A stretch of DNA of 62,675 bases from Lachnospiraceae bacterium (lineage in GTDB: Bacteria > Bacillota > Clostridia > Lachnospirales > Lachnospiraceae), in the NCBI GenBank assembly GCA_024688505.1, contig JAILDZ010000064.1:1-62675 (forward strand), written 5' to 3'. Below the pieces are notes generated by a model. It saw only the letters and a program-made list of their open reading frames with translations, made no database searches and was not told the origin of the DNA. The translations under genes were made by a program, and so were the position numbers. Shown piece after piece: positions 39,295 through 48,616 of this stretch (position 1 is the first letter of the stretch; each line of letters begins with the position of its first letter).

Positions 39295-41070
39295 CTACAT
39301 CTTATCAGGTGCAGAGAAGCCAAGGAGATCAATGCACTGCTCCAGTACAGCCTCTGTCATCTTAAGAAGAGAGATATATCCCTTTTTAAGTTCCGGGTCT
39401 TCGCAGGAAAGGATCTTAGTCTCATGGTAGAACTTATTAAAGGCATTTGATAACTCATATATGTATGCGCATACCCTGTGAGGTGCCAGCTGGGCGCATG
39501 CCGAGAGCATGGCTTCCTGATATCCTGCCAGCGCCAGATACAGGCCCTTCTCGCTGTCGGAGACTGCCGGATTTATCTCATGATCTTCGCCATCATTTCC
39601 GCCTTCCTCATATTTCTTTATGATGGATTTAATGCGGACAATGGTATAAAGGATATAGGGTCCCGTGTTTCCTTCAAAAGATGTGAACCTGTCCACATCA
39701 AAGATATAATCCTTAGCTGCCTGATTCGACAGGTCACCGTATTTTATGGCAGATAGCGCAACTATGTCTGCTGTTTCTCTTGCCTCTTCTTCCGTCATGG
39801 TCTGATTTGTCACGATCTTTTCATACATGGTGTCCGTGATCTCATCCAGAAGGGATGAAAGACGCATAACTCCGCCCTGTCTGGTCTTAAATGGCTTTCC
39901 GTCCTTTCCGTTCATTGTTCCGAAGCCTATGAAGTCAAGCACCACATTCTTCGGCACTATACCGGTCTTCTTGGCGCAGCGGAATACCTGCTCAAAGTAC
40001 AGATCCTGTCTCTTATCCACCACATAGATGACTCTGTCGGGATGCTCCTTCATACGGAATACCAGGGTAGCCAGGTCAGTAGTGTTATATAGAGATGAAC
40101 CGTCGGATTTTAAGATCATGCAAGGAGGCATCTCCTTCTGATCGGTATCCTCTTTCACATCCACCACCAGTGCACCGTCGGACAGATATGCATATCCGTC
40201 GTCCTTCATCTTCTGCACCATGTCGGGAATATAGGGCTGTGCTGTGGATTCTCCGTTCCAGAGGTCAAAGGATACCTTCAGTCTCTCATAATTCTTTTTA
40301 AGATCGGTCACAGACACTGAAAGGATATGTTCAAGGAGCGCTCTGTATCCTCTCCTTCCTTTTTGAAGTTCGTTTGTGGCTTTAAGAGCTTCTTCCTTAT
40401 ATGCCCTGCCCTCGTCAGTGTCTTCTTTAGACTTTGCGGATGCGGTAGGGTATATTTCCTCCAGCTCTGATATGGTAAAGGGCGGCTCCTTCGGATAATC
40501 GCCTTCGTAAGCCTCGTCAAAATAAGGAAGCTCAGGGCGTCTTTTCTTAAGCTCCGTAATGATGAGTCCCATCTGCAGTCCCCAGTCTCCCAGATGCACA
40601 TCTCCCGTCACATCATGCCCCATGAACCTTAGGATCCGTTTTATGCTTTCACCGATGATGGCAGAGCGAAGATGTCCCACATGGAGAGGCTTTGCCACAT
40701 TCGGTCCGCCGTAATCCATGATGATCTTTTCACGGGTATCCGGCTTCTCCAGCCCGAAATCCCGGGAGTTTCTCATTGTTTCCACATATTTTGTGATATA
40801 TTCCTTCGAAACACTGAAATTGATAAAGCCAGGCTTCACCATTTCTATGCTTTCAAAGGCCTCATTATCTTTTACCTTTTCCACCACTTCTTCGGCGATC
40901 TGGAACGGTGCTTTATGGTATTCCTTTGCTGCCGCCATGGCGCCGTTGCATTGGAATTCGCAAAGATCGGGACGATTTGAAACTGTCACGGTTCCGTATT
41001 TTTCATCCAGTCCCGCCTCCTTAAAACCGTCTTTCATCACTTTTTCCAGCTCTTTTATCAGTTCCTTCAT
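39295..41070 (-). CDS. argS: Arginine--tRNA ligase
   Basis: PNVAKPLHVGHLRS (HIGH), GDWGLQMG, KSDG, FKTR, EGNTGPY. Confidence 0.96.
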   Translation of the reverse strand: MKELIKELEKVMKDGFKEAGLDEKYGTVTVSNRPDLCEFQCNGAMAAAKEYHKAPFQIAEEVVEKVKDNEAFESIEMVKPGFINFSVSKEYITKYVETMRNSRDFGLEKPDTREKIIMDYGGPNVAKPLHVGHLRSAIIGESIKRILRFMGHDVTGDVHLGDWGLQMGLIITELKKRRPELPYFDEAYEGDYPKEPPFTISELEEIYPTASAKSKEDTDEGRAYKEEALKATNELQKGRRGYRALLEHILSVSVTDLKKNYERLKVSFDLWNGESTAQPYIPDMVQKMKDDGYAYLSDGALVVDVKEDTDQKEMPPCMILKSDGSSLYNTTDLATLVFRMKEHPDRVIYVVDKRQDLYFEQVFRCAKKTGIVPKNVVLDFIGFGTMNGKDGKPFKTRQGGVMRLSSLLDEITDTMYEKIVTNQTMTEEEARETADIVALSAIKYGDLSNQAAKDYIFDVDRFTSFEGNTGPYILYTIVRIKSIIKKYEEGGNDGEDHEINPAVSDSEKGLYLALAGYQEAMLSACAQLAPHRVCAYIYELSNAFNKFYHETKILSCEDPELKKGYISLLKMTEAVLEQCIDLLGFSAPDKM

Positions 41071-41119
41071 AGATCCTCTTCTTCTCCTAAAAAGATGTAC
41101 AGAGCGTGTGCTCTGCCAT

Positions 41120-41147
41120 AAAAATGGGGAGACTTTGAAATCTCCCC
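41120..41147 (-). terminator. Intrinsic terminator after queT
   Basis: GGGGAGA-8 nt-TCTCCCC followed by ATTTTT on the minus strand. Confidence 0.6.
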
Positions 41148-41156
41148 TTCAGGGCG

Positions 41157-41663
41157 TTACTCGCCTTCCCGTTCAAATAAAACATATCTGAATTTCCATA
41201 ATGCGTTCTTAAGGAGTGTACCTAAGACGCATATGGAGATCACTTCTCCAAGTCCTACCGTGATCACTAAAAACCAGTATGCATCATCCAGATGGTACGC
41301 AAATTTAAGGACCAGAGGGATAATGATCATATTTGATAATACCGGCGGGAGCGTATACGCAAACTTCGTGTTTTTAAGTCCCCATGTGCCAAATGCACCT
41401 ACCAACGTAGCCAGGCTTCCAAACAAAATATCATAGATGGGTGCGCCTGTTACGGTATTACTGATCAGGCATCCCAGAAACAGTCCGGGGATCGCTGCCG
41501 GAGTGAATACCGGGAGCACACAGAGAGCTTCTGAGATACGTATCTGGATAGCACCGCTTGCCAGATTAAATGCGGCCACATAATAGGTCACCACGGTGTA
41601 CAGAGCTGCGATCAACGCAGCCTGGGCGATAAACATCGCACTTTTCTTGCTAAAATCTTTCAT
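41157..41663 (-). CDS. queT: QueT family queuosine-precursor transporter
   Basis: AALIAALY, QIRISEAL, PGLFLGCLISN, FGSLATL motifs; preQ1 riboswitch upstream. Confidence 0.9.
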   Translation of the reverse strand: MKDFSKKSAMFIAQAALIAALYTVVTYYVAAFNLASGAIQIRISEALCVLPVFTPAAIPGLFLGCLISNTVTGAPIYDILFGSLATLVGAFGTWGLKNTKFAYTLPPVLSNMIIIPLVLKFAYHLDDAYWFLVITVGLGEVISICVLGTLLKNALWKFRYVLFEREGE

Positions 41664-41673
41664 TTTTAATGTT

Positions 41674-41728
41674 CTCCTTAGTTTTGTTTCGTGAATATAT
41701 TCACAGCGGGGATGGTTTCGAACCCGCT
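41674..41728 (-). promoter_or_regulatory. preQ1 class I riboswitch (translational)
   Basis: AGCGGG-UUCGAAACCAUC-CCCGCU ... AAAACUAAGGAG with the SD at its 3' end, directly upstream of queT. Confidence 0.85.
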
Positions 41729-41740
41729 TTGTTACCTCTT

Positions 41741-42649
41741 TTATTTGTCAGCCGGCTTTGCAGCTTTCTTTGCAGCGGCTGCGGCAGCCTTTTCTTCCTG
41801 TGCCTTCTTTGCCGCCACTATCTTATCTTTCAGATCAAGGCACTTGTCCTTCACCCTGGATGGCACTCCGGATCCTCCCAGCAGTCTGGATACCAGCTTG
41901 CCTGCGGTATCATACTGTTTAAAATAGAAAGACATGTTTGCAAGCATAAAATCAAGTGTGTTTGAATCCATACCGCAGAAGGGAGGTGTCTCTGTAGAGG
42001 CCACTTTCATAAAGCCTTCATATGCCTGTTTGTAAAAGCCCACCATTTCCTGCGTCACTTCTTTTCTTGCTGCCTTATCTTCTTCTGTCTTATTTGGCAT
42101 CTCCTTAAGCTTTTCTCTCATTAGCCAGGAAATCTTCAGACATGTGTATGATTTCTCCGAAAGCTTTGCCCTCTTAACCATTGTGGACACCAGAGAAATC
42201 TTGAATCTCTCTATGGCCTGGTCATATGAATACGTGGTGCATGGAACAGGCTTAACGGGGCGATATTTCGCGCAAACTTCCGTACGTATAAGCTTTTTTT
42301 GTCCTACGGACAGAGATTCGAAATATCTGTTCATGGCTGCATATCCGCAGTTCGGACATGCTGTCACATCATATTTCACTGTATCTATACCTGCAAAGTT
42401 CGGCCGCAGGTCAAAATCAGGTTCCTGCCTTTTAAGCTTCGCAGTCTTCACCATCAGGGCCTGAAAACGTCCATCGCAGACCGGGCACTGTATAGTCTTA
42501 TTAAGGAGCAGATCTTCCTCTGTCACTTCTTTTACTTCTTTTGCCACAGGCTCCTTGGATTTGGAAGATTTCTTCTTCCCATCATCCATGATGTCCATGT
42601 CATCTTTGCCGGAAAATCCAAATTTCTCTAGTCCTGCAAATAGATTCAT
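41741..42649 (-). CDS. DUF2225-like Zn-binding protein
   Basis: CPVC...DFDLRP...CPNCGYAA and LKISWL pattern (family recalled). Confidence 0.75.
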   Translation of the reverse strand: MNLFAGLEKFGFSGKDDMDIMDDGKKKSSKSKEPVAKEVKEVTEEDLLLNKTIQCPVCDGRFQALMVKTAKLKRQEPDFDLRPNFAGIDTVKYDVTACPNCGYAAMNRYFESLSVGQKKLIRTEVCAKYRPVKPVPCTTYSYDQAIERFKISLVSTMVKRAKLSEKSYTCLKISWLMREKLKEMPNKTEEDKAARKEVTQEMVGFYKQAYEGFMKVASTETPPFCGMDSNTLDFMLANMSFYFKQYDTAGKLVSRLLGGSGVPSRVKDKCLDLKDKIVAAKKAQEEKAAAAAAKKAAKPADK

Positions 42650-42654
42650 ATCAT

Positions 42655-44322
42655 TTACTCCTCTGCCTTCTTTGGCAACTGAAACGAGCTCTTCAGTGAA
42701 ACAATGCGGTTAAACACCGGGGCTCCCTCTTTGGAATCTTTATAATCCACTGTAAAGAATCCGTTTCTCACAAACTGGAAGCTTTCATATGCTTTTGCGT
42801 TCTTAAGCGAAGGTTCACAGTATGCATTACATACAGTAAGAGAATTCGGGTTCAGGTTCAGGCTGCCATCCTCATTATAAACGCCCTTTTCTTCATCAAT
42901 AAGGTTCTCATACAGCCTTACTGTGGTGGGAATAGCATCCTCTGCCGACACCCAGTGAATGGTTCCCTTCACTTTTCTGCCGTCGGGAGCATTACCTCCC
43001 TTTGTCTCAGGGTCATAAGTGCAATGAATCTCGGTAATATTACCGTCACTGTCTTTTTCAAAAGAAGTGCATGTGACAAAGTATGCATTCATAAGGCGGA
43101 CCTCATTTCCGGGAAAGAGCCTGAAGTATTTCTTCGGCGGTTCCTCCATAAAGTCATCTCTTTCTATATAGAGCACTTTTCCAAATGGAACTTTTCTGTC
43201 GCCAAGAGACTCATTTTCCTGATTATTCGGTATGGTGAGTTCTTCTTTCTGTCCTTCCGGATAGTTATCGATGACAAGCTTCACCGGATCAAGTACTGCC
43301 ATCACTCTCGGATTATCGATCTTCAGATCGTCCCTGATGCAATACTCCAGCATGGCATAATCTACGGAACTGTTAGCCTTAGATACACCGCATAGATCCA
43401 CAAATTTTTGAATAGATTTCGGTGTGAATCCTCTTCTTCTCAGGCCTGCGATGGATACCAGGCGGGGATCATCCCAGCCGTCCACTATACCGTCTTCAAC
43501 CAGTTTCTTTATATATCTCTTTCCTGTCACCACATTGGTCAGGTACATTTTGGCAAACTCTATCTGTCTGGGGGGCATCTCATATCCCACTTCTTTAACC
43601 ACCCAGTCATAAAGCGGTCTGTGATCCTCAAACTCCAGTGTACATATAGAATGAGTGATATGCTCTATGGCATCTTCGATGGGGTGCGCAAAATCATACA
43701 TAGGATATATGCACCACTTGTCACCGGTTCTGTGATGAGACATGTGAGCCACGCGGTAGATTATTGGGTCTCTCATATTGATGTTTCCGGAGGCCATGTC
43801 TATCTTGGCACGGATCACCATTTCTCCGTCTTTATACTTACCTGCCTTCATATCTTCAAAGATCTGAAGGGATTCCACTAGGGGTCTGTCACGGTTCGGA
43901 TCATTCTTTCCCGGTTCCGTGAGCGTGCCTCTGTATTCCTTTATCTCATCCGGAGACAGATCTGAGGCATATGCCTTGCCCTTCTTTATAAGCTTCACGG
44001 CAGCTTCATACATCTCATCAAAGTAGTCGGATGCAAAATACAGATGATCCTTCCAGTCTGCTCCCAGCCACTTGATATCGGCCTTAATGGACTCCACAAA
44101 CTCCACCTTCTCTTTAGTAGGGTTTGTGTCATCAAACCTCATGTGGAATTCACCGTTGTATTCCTTTGCCAGACCGTAATTCAAAAGAATGGATTTGGCA
44201 TGTCCTATATGGAGATAGCCGTTCGGTTCCGGAGGGAATCTGGTGCAGACAGTATTGTACACCCCCTCAGCCAGGTCCTTGTCTATTTCGTTTTCAATAA
44301 AATTTCTTGATTCTTTTTCCAT
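42655..44322 (-). CDS. glnS: Glutamine--tRNA ligase
   Basis: [46 protein letters not shown]. Confidence 0.96.
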   Translation of the reverse strand: MEKESRNFIENEIDKDLAEGVYNTVCTRFPPEPNGYLHIGHAKSILLNYGLAKEYNGEFHMRFDDTNPTKEKVEFVESIKADIKWLGADWKDHLYFASDYFDEMYEAAVKLIKKGKAYASDLSPDEIKEYRGTLTEPGKNDPNRDRPLVESLQIFEDMKAGKYKDGEMVIRAKIDMASGNINMRDPIIYRVAHMSHHRTGDKWCIYPMYDFAHPIEDAIEHITHSICTLEFEDHRPLYDWVVKEVGYEMPPRQIEFAKMYLTNVVTGKRYIKKLVEDGIVDGWDDPRLVSIAGLRRRGFTPKSIQKFVDLCGVSKANSSVDYAMLEYCIRDDLKIDNPRVMAVLDPVKLVIDNYPEGQKEELTIPNNQENESLGDRKVPFGKVLYIERDDFMEEPPKKYFRLFPGNEVRLMNAYFVTCTSFEKDSDGNITEIHCTYDPETKGGNAPDGRKVKGTIHWVSAEDAIPTTVRLYENLIDEEKGVYNEDGSLNLNPNSLTVCNAYCEPSLKNAKAYESFQFVRNGFFTVDYKDSKEGAPVFNRIVSLKSSFQLPKKAEE

Positions 44323-44339
44323 AGTGTTTTCGCCTTCCA

Positions 44340-44479
44340 GCAGAATATATTAACGTAAATCAATGCGCCCTAGATGTAGCATTCAGCATGGGGGAAAAAT
44401 CTCCCGCAGGATTCCGTGCCGAGGACAGATTTTTTCCCCATGTGATATGCGTCCTCGTCATTAAGTTAATAGATTCTGC
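44340..44479. repeat. 140-bp nested palindrome with core CCCGCAGGATTCCGTGCCGAGGA
   Basis: Outer arms 44340-44354/44465-44479 (14/15), inner arms 44387-44402/44427-44442 (15/16), core 44403-44425. Confidence 0.85.
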
Positions 44480-44487
44480 GTGATATC

Positions 44488-45342
44488 TTACTCCTTATGC
44501 ACATGAGTGAAGAGATGATCCTGGCAGTATTCGTAGTTTCCGTTGCATTTGGAACAGAAACGGAATGTCAGCTCCGGGTTTGTGAGCTCTGTTCTGCCGC
44601 ATATCGCACATTTATGTCTGGACACCACTCCACGAACCGGAGGATCCGGATGTACTGCCCTCTTAAACTCATTTCGTCTGTGTATCTCTCTCGGGTCTAT
44701 CCTTCTTAAGTTTCTGGTGCTTAAGAAGAAGATCACAAAGTTAAGGAGCGAGCATATAATGGCTATCCTGGCTCCCCAGGGATACACGATAAGCTCATAT
44801 GTCACCAGCACACCGTATACTATCGCCATCCACTTCATCTTAATGGGTATGATGAAGTACAGAAGAACCTGCATATCCGGATACGAAAGGGCAAATGCCA
44901 GGAATATGGACATATTAACGTATGATGTGCTGTAATACTGGCCTATGCCCAGCACTCCTCCGCCGTTTATCAGGGAATAGATCCCGTAATAAACGAATGC
45001 ACCTATGACGGAGATTATCAGTCCTCCGAATATGTACACATTAAACTTAAATGTGCCCCAGTTCTGCTCCAGCACCCGTCCCAATGAATAGTAAAAATAC
45101 ATCATGATAAGGGCAAATAAGATATTCATGCTGGGCGGGATCATTACCCACGTAATGATCCTCCAGAACTGAAAATTATGTATGATCATAAACGGTTCCA
45201 GCGTCATCAGACTGATTATATTTATTCCGGTGACAGAGGAAAGGAAAGATAACACATAACCTATTCCATATCCTATGATCAGATAGTTGATCAGGTGGGG
45301 AACCGCATATTTCCCGAGTTTTCTTTCTAATTTATCCCACAT
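44488..45342 (-). CDS. Polytopic membrane protein (derlin/rhomboid-like) with C-terminal Cys/His zinc finger
   Basis: FQFWRIITW motif, 6-7 TMs, CAIC...CSKC...YCQDH..H.H tail; GTG start. Confidence 0.7.
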   Translation of the reverse strand: MWDKLERKLGKYAVPHLINYLIIGYGIGYVLSFLSSVTGINIISLMTLEPFMIIHNFQFWRIITWVMIPPSMNILFALIMMYFYYSLGRVLEQNWGTFKFNVYIFGGLIISVIGAFVYYGIYSLINGGGVLGIGQYYSTSYVNMSIFLAFALSYPDMQVLLYFIIPIKMKWMAIVYGVLVTYELIVYPWGARIAIICSLLNFVIFFLSTRNLRRIDPREIHRRNEFKRAVHPDPPVRGVVSRHKCAICGRTELTNPELTFRFCSKCNGNYEYCQDHLFTHVHKE

Positions 45343-45380
45343 TTTTCTTATCTTTTCTTTTTTATCGCATAATCTTCTAC

Positions 45381-45450
45381 ATTATAGGGGCGAGTTTTTT
45401 ATTTGTCAAATGGATTACGGTTTGAACGCACCTGTCTAAAATGATAAAAT
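45381..45450. promoter_or_regulatory. Divergent sigma-A promoters
   Basis: Minus: perfect TTGACA (45409-45404)-17-TATAAT (45386-45381). Plus: TTGAAC (45422)-17-TAAAAT (45445-45450). Confidence 0.7.
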
Positions 45451-45475
45451 TGCTGTATTCGGCGAGGTTTTCGTA

Positions 45476-47380
45476 ATGAATATAGATATTGATAACTTTA
45501 AGGTCAAACTGTCAGAATACGCGGACTATATTTCGGAGATCCGCGTGCTTTCTGCGGTAAAAATAGATGACGTGGCAAATGCCGAAGAATACTCTGATAA
45601 GCTTAAAGCCGACTTTGAGAGAATCGGTCTTCTGGGACGCCGCTGCCGCTGCATATTAAAGGATGATCTGTATCCCGTTATTAATTCCGACGAACCTCTT
45701 TCCATGGAGATGATAGATGCTCTTCAGGATTTCTGCGAAATGCTCCTTGATCCCCCTTCCGGAGAGGAACTGGATCTGTTTTTATTATATGAGATCTCAA
45801 ACCGTCTTCTGAAAGATGACAGCCTAAAATATGACCTTAATAAGTATGCTGTGCAGCTTAATACCCATATAAGCGCATGCTATGCTAATATCAACCGCAC
45901 CTCCAGGGTGACCGTGACAAGAGATATAGCGGACCACTATCAACGAAAGGGACTTAAGGCTGCCGAACTGGCTCTGGGAATGCTGTATAACAAAAGTGTT
46001 TTTCTCTCCCTTTCTCCCAAAGGCAAGGATGCACTTCTTCGTGCCGGAAGATTCTACTCTGCTCTCTATGATACTTTCTATCATGATGCACCGTCAAATA
46101 AAAGGCGCTACGATGCTCTCTGTGAAGCCATTAGTATGATAAACGATCATTTTTATACCGATAACGCTCCGGAGTATAACTGGCTGCAGCAACTGGTGCG
46201 TTCCACCGAGCATATGGGGCAATTGACTGAGCGAGGGAACTTCTGGGGATTTACCGAAAAAGAATGCCTCGAGATCACGAAGTGGCTGGATGTCTTGAAG
46301 CTGAAGCGTTCCCGCGACCTTGATAAAGTGCGGGCACTTCTTCCGGACTCGCATTACGATCTTATCATGCTACGTAATCCGTATTTTGCCGGGCTTATTG
46401 ATAAAAAGACCTATCAGGAAAAACTGCTGGAGCTGTATCATAAGTACTCCAACAACAAATATGACATGTATTCAGTGCAGATAAACCTGCTTATCCCCAC
46501 AGAGTATTTGGCCACCCTTCAGGATGAGAAGATATCTCTGGAGATTCAGGATAATCTCATCATGATATATGACAGGATCATTGAATATGCCCTGAGCTCT
46601 GTGAACATGGATGCCTTTAACTATCTGCAGGAATATCTCATCGCCTTCTTGTCCAGATTTATCGAGCTTCCTGACATTATGACTTTTGAGGATATGGGAC
46701 TTCATTGTATTGCTGCCCTTCATCCGCCCACATATGTCCATTCCAGACAGGTAGCTTCTTTGGGAAAAATTCTCGCTTCTCATTTATATGACCTTCATCC
46801 CCATATCTTTTCTGAAGATGAAGAGTTTTCAAGCATGTCACATGAAGAGATCATGACACATATGTACCACTGTGGTCTGTGCCATGACTTTGGAAAGCTT
46901 ACCATGATAGACAGTATCTTTATTTATGGAAGAGATCTGCTGGACCGTGAAGTGGACATCATAAAAATGCACTCCCTTATGGGTGAACTGATGCTGAGGC
47001 ATTATCACTCCACAGAAAAATATGCCAAAGCAGCAAAGCAGCATCATATATGGTATGACGGCACAGGCGGCTATCCGCGGGAAGAAGGCGTGAATGAGCG
47101 TCCCTGCCTATCAGCATGCATTCTGGAGATTGCAGACTGTATAGATGCTGCCACCGATACAATCGGGCGTAGCTATAGCAAGGGAAAGACTTTAGAAGAA
47201 GTGGCCGCTGAGATCAGAAAAGACAGCGGGACCAGATATGCCCCCTTTGCGGATGAACTCCTTTCAAGGGAAGATGTGCTGGATGATATTCGGTATCTGC
47301 TCACAAAAGGCAGACAGGATAATTATAAAAAAGCCTATCTTTTACTTCATAATGTAAAAGACAGGCTAATACGCGATTAA
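45476..47380 (+). CDS. HD-GYP domain phosphodiesterase with long N-terminal region
   Basis: TYVHS, CHDFGK, HHIWYDGTGGYP, IADCIDA, RSY motifs. Confidence 0.82.
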   Translation: MNIDIDNFKVKLSEYADYISEIRVLSAVKIDDVANAEEYSDKLKADFERIGLLGRRCRCILKDDLYPVINSDEPLSMEMIDALQDFCEMLLDPPSGEELDLFLLYEISNRLLKDDSLKYDLNKYAVQLNTHISACYANINRTSRVTVTRDIADHYQRKGLKAAELALGMLYNKSVFLSLSPKGKDALLRAGRFYSALYDTFYHDAPSNKRRYDALCEAISMINDHFYTDNAPEYNWLQQLVRSTEHMGQLTERGNFWGFTEKECLEITKWLDVLKLKRSRDLDKVRALLPDSHYDLIMLRNPYFAGLIDKKTYQEKLLELYHKYSNNKYDMYSVQINLLIPTEYLATLQDEKISLEIQDNLIMIYDRIIEYALSSVNMDAFNYLQEYLIAFLSRFIELPDIMTFEDMGLHCIAALHPPTYVHSRQVASLGKILASHLYDLHPHIFSEDEEFSSMSHEEIMTHMYHCGLCHDFGKLTMIDSIFIYGRDLLDREVDIIKMHSLMGELMLRHYHSTEKYAKAAKQHHIWYDGTGGYPREEGVNERPCLSACILEIADCIDAATDTIGRSYSKGKTLEEVAAEIRKDSGTRYAPFADELLSREDVLDDIRYLLTKGRQDNYKKAYLLLHNVKDRLIRD

Positions 47381-48243
47381 TCGGTTTTCTTTTCTCTGTA
47401 TTTCTTTATCAGGATGATCTCTCCTATCACTCCTGCCACAATCAGTATCGCTGACAGAAGCTGTGATACCGGAATATTCGTGTTCCATAGAAGAAGCTGA
47501 TCCGTTCGTACTCCTTCTATCCAGAACCTTCCCAGACCATAACCTATCAGATATCCGAAAAAGATCTCTCCATCGAATTTCTTCCTGTTAAAAAGTATAA
47601 GAAGAATGATGAGCACGCCCAGATTCCATAATGACTCGTAGAGGAAAGTGGGGTGCACACTGATATATTCCACTCCGTCGATAACCACCAGATTCGCTGT
47701 CATCTCTTCCGTGACATCTGACATTGACCTGATATCATTTATGGGAAGAAGCATGGCAAAAATGCTATCCGTATAGCCGCCGAACACCTCTCTGTTAAAG
47801 AAGTTTCCCCATCTTCCCAGTATCTGTCCCACCAGTACGCCGCACATGGCTATATCCGCTCCCCTTAAAAACGGGATACCCTTCTTCTTAAGAACAATAT
47901 ATCCGGTGATGACTCCGCCGATAATCCCTCCGTAAATAGCCAGACCACCACCTCTAAGATTAAATATAGATATTAAATCGTCTTTATAATAGTCCCATGA
48001 AAACAGAACATAGTATACTCTGGCACCTATCACTGCAAATACCAGGCACCATATTATGAGGTCCAGAAATGCATCCTCGCTTTCCCCGGTCTTTTTTGCC
48101 AGATATAGCACAAGTGATCCGCCGAGGAGCATTCCAAGAGCTATGATCATGCCATAGAATGCTATGGGAAAACCGAACACTTCTATGCTCTTTCCCAGAT
48201 TATGAATGTGTATATTAAGATGCGGGAATATTATGTCGCCCAT
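47377..48243 (-). CDS. lgt: Prolipoprotein diacylglyceryl transferase
   Basis: GARVYYV, GGLAIYGG, GRWGNFFN, HPTFLYES, RFWIEGVR. Confidence 0.95.
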   Translation of the reverse strand: MGDIIFPHLNIHIHNLGKSIEVFGFPIAFYGMIIALGMLLGGSLVLYLAKKTGESEDAFLDLIIWCLVFAVIGARVYYVLFSWDYYKDDLISIFNLRGGGLAIYGGIIGGVITGYIVLKKKGIPFLRGADIAMCGVLVGQILGRWGNFFNREVFGGYTDSIFAMLLPINDIRSMSDVTEEMTANLVVIDGVEYISVHPTFLYESLWNLGVLIILLILFNRKKFDGEIFFGYLIGYGLGRFWIEGVRTDQLLLWNTNIPVSQLLSAILIVAGVIGEIILIKKYREKKTD

Positions 48244-48244
48244 T

Positions 48245-48586
48245 CTAGTTCTCTTTGTCCTCGTTAAACATCTGATATATGAGTATCCTCATAGATTCAT
48301 GGTCCTGCATTCCCACGAATATGCTGCCGTATTCATACTGTCCGTTCACTTCCTCACAGCGCACTATCTTTAAAAGCACATCAATTTTCTGCTTGGTCCA
48401 TAATTGTATGACGGACTGGAATACAGATCCCACCAGAAGCTGATCTTTCGTGAGAAAACCTATGCCATCCTTTGAAACGTTTGTGAGTTCTGCTTCTACG
48501 GTGCGCTCTTCCTTGGTTTCACTGATGAGCTTAAGAGTTACCTTTGAATTCAGATCCGTTCTCTTGTGTAATCTCTTCTCGTCCAT
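48245..48586 (-). CDS. Stand-alone PilZ domain protein
   Basis: RLHKR (RxxxR) and NVSKDG (D/NxSxxG) c-di-GMP-binding motifs. Confidence 0.85.
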   Translation of the reverse strand: MDEKRLHKRTDLNSKVTLKLISETKEERTVEAELTNVSKDGIGFLTKDQLLVGSVFQSVIQLWTKQKIDVLLKIVRCEEVNGQYEYGSIFVGMQDHESMRILIYQMFNEDKEN

Positions 48587-48616
48587 TATATAATCCTCCT
48601 TTGATATTTTTAACCT

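Noticed and set aside
41071-41156. T-box leaders for argS (also checked asnS, glnS, pheS)
   Set aside because: No AAGGTGGTACC-like T-box sequence seen, and the spacers are short or occupied by other structures.
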